From the NCBI GenBank assembly GCA_049972095.1, contig JBMFKQ010000041.1, positions 1 through 10,697 of the forward strand: 10,697 nucleotides of DNA, written 5' to 3'. Each line of letters starts with the position of its first letter. Position 1 is the first letter of the stretch. Both the position numbers and the translations under genes were made by a program. The stretch is from Elusimicrobiales bacterium (lineage in GTDB: Bacteria > Elusimicrobiota > Elusimicrobia > Elusimicrobiales > UBA9959). Below, piece by piece: positions 6,320 to 10,697 of this stretch. The notes under the pieces were generated by a model that did not search any database, had not been told where the DNA came from, and saw nothing but the letters and a program-made list of their open reading frames with translations.

Positions 6320-9082
6320 ATGACTGAGATTTTGCTACTTCTGTCTTTTTACCTAAACTCACAAACACAGCTTATAACAAAGGATTTTGATTGGAGGATA
6401 AAAGAAACTAAGCATTTTGATATATATCATTATCCAGGCTGTGAAAAGTGGCTTGGGTATTTGGAGAAGATTCTTGAAGAGGCTTATGAAAAGGGGAAGA
6501 AAGATTATAATCCATTGCTTGATAAAAGAATACCTTTTTTTTTCTTTACGGCATCAAAGTATTTTCAACAGAACTCTATAAATGAGGTTGGTGAAGGAAC
6601 TGGCGGCTTTACAGAGCCCTTTAAGGATAGATTTCTTGTTTATTCTGATGGTTCAAAGAGATGGTTGAGATATGTTATACATCATGAGTTTGGACATGAA
6701 ATACAGTTTTCAATACTTGTTGATGGGGGGTGGGAAACGCCTAAGATAATAAAGACATTTGTTTATCCTTTATGGATGCTTGAGGGATTGAGCGAAAATA
6801 TGACTGATGAGTGGGATATCGCTGTTGAAGATATGTATGTGAGGGATTATTTTGTGGATGGGAAACTTCCACCTCTTGAAAAGCTTTTTGGTTTTTCCCA
6901 TCTAAAACCTCATCAAATGACACTTGCTTATAAAACCGGTGCAAAAGCCATAAGATTTCTTAAAGAAGAATATGGCTACGATAAAGCAGGACTAATGCTC
7001 TATTACTGGCAAGATTCTTACGATATAAATACAGTATTTAAAAAACTTATAGGAAGTGATTTAAAAGAGTTTGATGAAAAATTTAGGGATTATCTTTCTC
7101 TAAGATTTTATGATCAGATGAAGGAAAAAGAGATGATTGAGGCATCGTATTATGGCGAAAGGTTAAGCCATGATATCGATGATATTCCTGTTTTTAATAC
7201 CTCACCCATCGTGCTTAAAAATGGTAGTATTGCATATATATCAACAGTTAAAGGTTATCCATCTGTTGTAATTGAAGATAGAATTAATGATAAGAAAATA
7301 ATTCTTGACAGACAAATCACATCACTTGATTGGATTTTGTATTCAAACTTCACAGTTCCAAAAAGGTATCTCTCTGCATCAGCTGATGGTGTTTATATTA
7401 TTTTTTCTGGAAGGAAATCACACAGAGATTATATGTGTATCTATAATACCTTAACTGGAGAGTTTAGAAAAACTGAGATTAAAAATGTAGATGAGATCTC
7501 TCAAATAAATTTTTCTCCAGATGGCAAAAAAATAGTTTTTGCAGCAATGAAAGACTCATTCTATAATATATACGAGGCTGATTTTGAAAAGATTTTGATG
7601 TCAGATGTTTTTGATATAAATGATGCGGTTAAGATTACCGATGATGAAGATTATGAATCATCACCATATTATCTTGCTGATGGAAAAATCGCTTTTATAT
7701 GCGAGGAAGAAAAGGATGAAGATATAAAAAACTCGATATGTGTTATGGATGGGGGGAGGAAGAAAAAGATATTTGATGGGATTGATGTAGTTGATTTTTA
7801 TTACGATATAAAAAAGGATCTATTCTATATAATATCAGATCATAACTCTAACTTTGAGCTTTATTCATACAACCCGTCTAATGCTGAGCTTTTTAGACAC
7901 ACATCTGTTATCGGTGGTATATTTACTCCCTATTCTGATGAAAGCGGCATTTATTTTTCATATTTTAGACATGGTTCAATGCACATATACAAAGCTGATG
8001 AAGGAAAACTCAATTATATAAGATTGAGTTTAGAAAAATGCTGCTCGCAATATAAATCATCTTCATATTCATCTTCAGATAAAAAATCATACAAATACAA
8101 AACAAAATTTTCCACGGATTTATTCTTACCAACACTTTTTTTCTCATCACCTGGTGGTCTTTTTTTGTTTAATTATTGGCAATTAAGCGACTATACATCA
8201 AGACACAGCTTTGGCTTTTATTCAAACTACAATTCGGCTTCTTCCTATTCTGATCTTAGGCTAACCTATCTCTACAATAGGTATCGTACAAAGTTCTTTT
8301 CTTCAGCGGTTTATCTTAACTATAAAAAAGATACTAATACACCAGCTTACAAAAGAAGATTTGAGCTCTCGTCATCCGGCTTTATATATCCGTTTGATCT
8401 CAACTCTCAACTTTATATTCTTTTCACTACTGAGAATGATTTTAAAACCTACATTGAGTCATCTTGTACTTACTGTGGATACAGGGATAAAAAAAGGGGG
8501 TTGAGCATTTCTTTTTCAAGAAACCTTTTGAATGGGCTTTATCTCACTGCGGTTGAAGGATATGCTATTAAATCATCTATCTCTTCGTATGGAAGTAGAT
8601 TTGGAGGCAACATCTCTTATAGTCAGTTTGAGCTTGACTATCTTAGATATATTCCTCTTTCAAGAAAATCTACCAATGTCAACAGATTTTACTGTGGTTT
8701 TTCATGGGGCAAAGATTATCCTCTTTATTCTTATTCTGGAGCAGGGGGAGTAAGAGGAATTATGAGTTCAAGGGCAAAGGCAAAAAACATACTTATCTAT
8801 AATTCTGAGCTAAGATTTCCTATAGGATATAGCGATTATTATATGTCATATATCTTTCCTGATCTCTATTTTAAGTCTTTTTATATAAAGTTTTTTGCTG
8901 ATAACTCGTATGCCTATGAAGGATCATTTTCTCAAGGAATATTTACAAATAGCTTAGGTTTTGGCTTTGATGTATACACATTTGTTCTTCAGACATTTAA
9001 ACTTGTTTTTTCTCTTGATTTTGCTCGCAACATAAAAAATGGTTCTGATATAGCATATTTCTATTTGGGTCCTTTATTTTGA
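6320..9082 (+). CDS. Predicted outer-membrane protein: zinc metallopeptidase (clan MA, gluzincin-like) + PD40/TolB-like propeller + Omp85/BamA-like barrel, 920 aa
   Basis: Short hydrophobic N-terminus; HEFGH (6683-6697) with downstream WMLEG (Glu 6782-6784); PD40-like FSPDGKKIVF and SPYYLADGKIAF; amphipathic beta strands in the last ~330 aa with VRG (8750-8758), SELRFPI, FFAD and terminal YFYLGPLF. Confidence 0.8.
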   Translation: MTEILLLLSFYLNSQTQLITKDFDWRIKETKHFDIYHYPGCEKWLGYLEKILEEAYEKGKKDYNPLLDKRIPFFFFTASKYFQQNSINEVGEGTGGFTEPFKDRFLVYSDGSKRWLRYVIHHEFGHEIQFSILVDGGWETPKIIKTFVYPLWMLEGLSENMTDEWDIAVEDMYVRDYFVDGKLPPLEKLFGFSHLKPHQMTLAYKTGAKAIRFLKEEYGYDKAGLMLYYWQDSYDINTVFKKLIGSDLKEFDEKFRDYLSLRFYDQMKEKEMIEASYYGERLSHDIDDIPVFNTSPIVLKNGSIAYISTVKGYPSVVIEDRINDKKIILDRQITSLDWILYSNFTVPKRYLSASADGVYIIFSGRKSHRDYMCIYNTLTGEFRKTEIKNVDEISQINFSPDGKKIVFAAMKDSFYNIYEADFEKILMSDVFDINDAVKITDDEDYESSPYYLADGKIAFICEEEKDEDIKNSICVMDGGRKKKIFDGIDVVDFYYDIKKDLFYIISDHNSNFELYSYNPSNAELFRHTSVIGGIFTPYSDESGIYFSYFRHGSMHIYKADEGKLNYIRLSLEKCCSQYKSSSYSSSDKKSYKYKTKFSTDLFLPTLFFSSPGGLFLFNYWQLSDYTSRHSFGFYSNYNSASSYSDLRLTYLYNRYRTKFFSSAVYLNYKKDTNTPAYKRRFELSSSGFIYPFDLNSQLYILFTTENDFKTYIESSCTYCGYRDKKRGLSISFSRNLLNGLYLTAVEGYAIKSSISSYGSRFGGNISYSQFELDYLRYIPLSRKSTNVNRFYCGFSWGKDYPLYSYSGAGGVRGIMSSRAKAKNILIYNSELRFPIGYSDYYMSYIFPDLYFKSFYIKFFADNSYAYEGSFSQGIFTNSLGFGFDVYTFVLQTFKLVFSLDFARNIKNGSDIAYFYLGPLF

Positions 9083-9104
9083 ATTTTTTCTGAATTTTTT
9101 TTAG

Positions 9105-9123
9105 TATAATTTAGTTGGAGGTG
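9105..9123 (+). promoter_or_regulatory. Candidate -10 box and Shine-Dalgarno for the HEAT-repeat gene
   Basis: TATAAT at 9105-9110; GGAGGTG at 9117-9123 ahead of ATG 9127; no well-spaced -35. Confidence 0.45.
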
Positions 9124-9126
9124 TTT

Positions 9127-10122
9127 ATGAGATACTTAGGTGGTATTTTGATACTTATTCTTCCTTTAGTTTTCCTCCATTCACAACAAACATCCCAAAA
9201 CACGCCTCAACTCAACTCACAACAGACTAACACATCTACAGAGGTTGTGAATGCGAAGAATGATGTGTCTTTGGAGGAAAAAACAAAAGAAACAGACCCT
9301 ATGATGGTGAGGAAATTTATAAATGATATAGTTTCCTCAAGAGATGTAACAAAGGCTGATAGGATTGCGAAATACATATACGATGAAAACAAACTTATCA
9401 AAATGGCAGCGATAGAGGGACTTGGAATGCTTAGGGCTGAAAAATATTGTGATGATATAATAAACATTCTTCTCAAAGAAACAGATAGGGATATTAAACA
9501 CTCATCTATGATATCTCTTTCATATATACCATCTTTTAACACATCAAGGCTTATTGAGTATTACAATAAGGAAACTGACAACATGCTCAAAGCTCAGGTT
9601 ATAAGGCTTTTGGCCTCAAAAAATGAAAAATCTCTTGAAAAGGAAGCGATAAAAATAGCCTCTTCAACAAACTACTCTACTGAGATAAAAATTGCAGCGG
9701 TTTATTATCTGGGTATTATTAAGTCAACAAATTCAGTCTCGCTTCTTATAGATCTTGCTAAAAGCAGTGATAAACTTTTGAAGATTGAATCTATAAAAGC
9801 CCTCGGTGAAATTGGTGATAAAACTTGTGTTGATGTTATAAGGATAAGAGCTGGAGAAAAAGATGATGATATTAAAATTGAATCAGTGTTATCTCTTGCA
9901 AAGCTTGGTGATAATTCAATGCTTGAGTCTGTCTATGATTATATTGATTCCCCTAATTTATCTTACCGTGAGAAGGTCCTTACAGCTGCTGCAATTGTAG
10001 GGGATATGAAAACTGTATCCTTCCTTGAGAAAAAACTTAAAAAAGTTAATGATCAAAATCTTAAATCGTTTATAAGTTTTACTATTGAAAGAATAAAATC
10101 AAGATTAAGTCAGAAAAAATAG
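9127..10122 (+). CDS. Exported HEAT-repeat (PBS-lyase-like) protein, 331 aa
   Basis: Signal-like MRYLGGILILILPLVFLHS, a Q/T/N/S-rich linker, then about seven ~31-aa units (IKMAAIEGLGML, IKHSSMISLSYI, LKAQVIRLLAS, IKIAAVYYLGII, LKIESIKALGEIG, IKIESVLSLAKLG, YREKVLTAAAIVG). Confidence 0.85.
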   Translation: MRYLGGILILILPLVFLHSQQTSQNTPQLNSQQTNTSTEVVNAKNDVSLEEKTKETDPMMVRKFINDIVSSRDVTKADRIAKYIYDENKLIKMAAIEGLGMLRAEKYCDDIINILLKETDRDIKHSSMISLSYIPSFNTSRLIEYYNKETDNMLKAQVIRLLASKNEKSLEKEAIKIASSTNYSTEIKIAAVYYLGIIKSTNSVSLLIDLAKSSDKLLKIESIKALGEIGDKTCVDVIRIRAGEKDDDIKIESVLSLAKLGDNSMLESVYDYIDSPNLSYREKVLTAAAIVGDMKTVSFLEKKLKKVNDQNLKSFISFTIERIKSRLSQKK

Positions 10123-10124
10123 AA

Positions 10125-10697
10125 GGGATTTAGCACGAGTTTTTATAAAGCCCATTTAAGCCACTAAAAGTTTGATTTGAGTTCGGAAAAAGATCTTCGT
10201 GTCTATGATTAAAAACCTGAAAGGAATTTCTCACAAATAAAAATGAAAAAACTTTTTAGGCACTCCCCGATACCAATATAGAGCCAATGTTTGGCATAAC
10301 TCCGGAAGCCTTCAATACCATTAATATGGTCTCTTCCTTTTTTCTTTGCTCACAACTATATGATTGCTTCTCACAGCCAAAGAAGCATAAGCATGCCAAT
10401 CATCCGTATAGTAGAGACTTCCCGCTTCAGTATGGGTTTTAAGAATCTTTTGAATTGTTTTGTTGTCCCTTCTCTGAATGGGGAAAACTCTAATCTTGTT
10501 GTTTCTCTTAAAGAACCCCAAAACAACGATTTTTCCAGAAGCACCCCAACCTCTTTTCCCAGGTTTTTTACCCACAAATATGTCTCCTCACATTCAAGTT
10601 CACCTGCAGAAGCTTCTTGGCACTCCTCAGCAAGAGAAAGCAACTTACAATAGCTCTAAAGGATTTTTTAATCGTTTCATCAGAAACCTTACTCCTA
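10125..10697 (-). mobile_element. IS1595-family insertion sequence, downstream part; continues beyond the window
   Basis: Transposase motifs (see next feature) and a probable terminus GGGATTTAGCAC at 10125. The other end is not in the window, so the boundary is inferred. Confidence 0.8.
10180..10697 (-). pseudogene. IS1595-family (ISXO2-like DDE) transposase, multiply frameshifted
   Basis: Fragments in different frames: GELECEETY, GKKPGKRGWGASGKIVVLG, GSLYYTDDWHAYASL, DHINGIEGFRSYAKHWLY, YRGVPKKFFHFYL*EIPFRF, NHRHEDLFP. In-frame TGA at 10233-10231. The first catalytic Asp appears changed to Glu (10589-10587). Confidence 0.9.

Noticed and set aside
1759..9542. Minus-strand ORFs inside smc, the phosphoesterase, receiver, barrel and HEAT genes, and plus-strand 8532..8753
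   Set aside because: Mostly Ser/Phe/Ile-rich antisense or off-frame by-products of well-supported genes.
10125..10153. GGGATTTA...TAAAGCCC hairpin as a terminator for the HEAT gene
   Set aside because: Mismatched stem, 13-nt loop, no proper U-tract, and it lies inside the probable IS end.
10321..10653. ORFs 10321..10575, 10371..10643 and 10360..10653 as separate genes or a programmed frameshift
   Set aside because: They are fragments or the antisense of one decayed transposase. Several frameshifts plus a stop indicate decay, not recoding.
1..10697. CRISPR array, tRNA, rRNA or riboswitch
   Set aside because: No regularly spaced repeats or GC-rich structured segments seen, and the intergenic gaps are short and AT-rich. 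A covariance-model search would be needed to exclude small RNAs formally.

Overview
AT-rich bacterial DNA, probably from a diderm (it encodes an Omp85-type barrel) and possibly an anaerobe (rubrerythrin). Left arm, minus strand: a probable redox-stress operon behind a near-consensus sigma70 promoter. It contains rubrerythrin, an ArsC/LMW-PTP-fold gene broken by one in-frame TAG (the ORF track shows only its 3' part), and the unannotated 5' end of a DUF438-like gene. A decayed transposase tail with a probable IS end lies 5 bp upstream of the -35 box. Plus strand: a small DUF2905 membrane protein; condensin Smc with an apparently shortened hinge, whose stop overlaps the start of a metallophosphoesterase; a lone receiver-domain protein; a 920-aa gluzincin peptidase / beta-propeller / Omp85-type barrel fusion with no recognisable POTRA domains; and an exported HEAT-repeat protein. 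Right end: a heavily frameshifted IS1595-family element beginning 2 nt after the HEAT gene stop. No rRNA, tRNA or CRISPR array seen. The best candidates for new biology are the peptidase-propeller-barrel + HEAT module and the short-hinge Smc cluster. All family assignments come from motif recognition by eye, not database searches.
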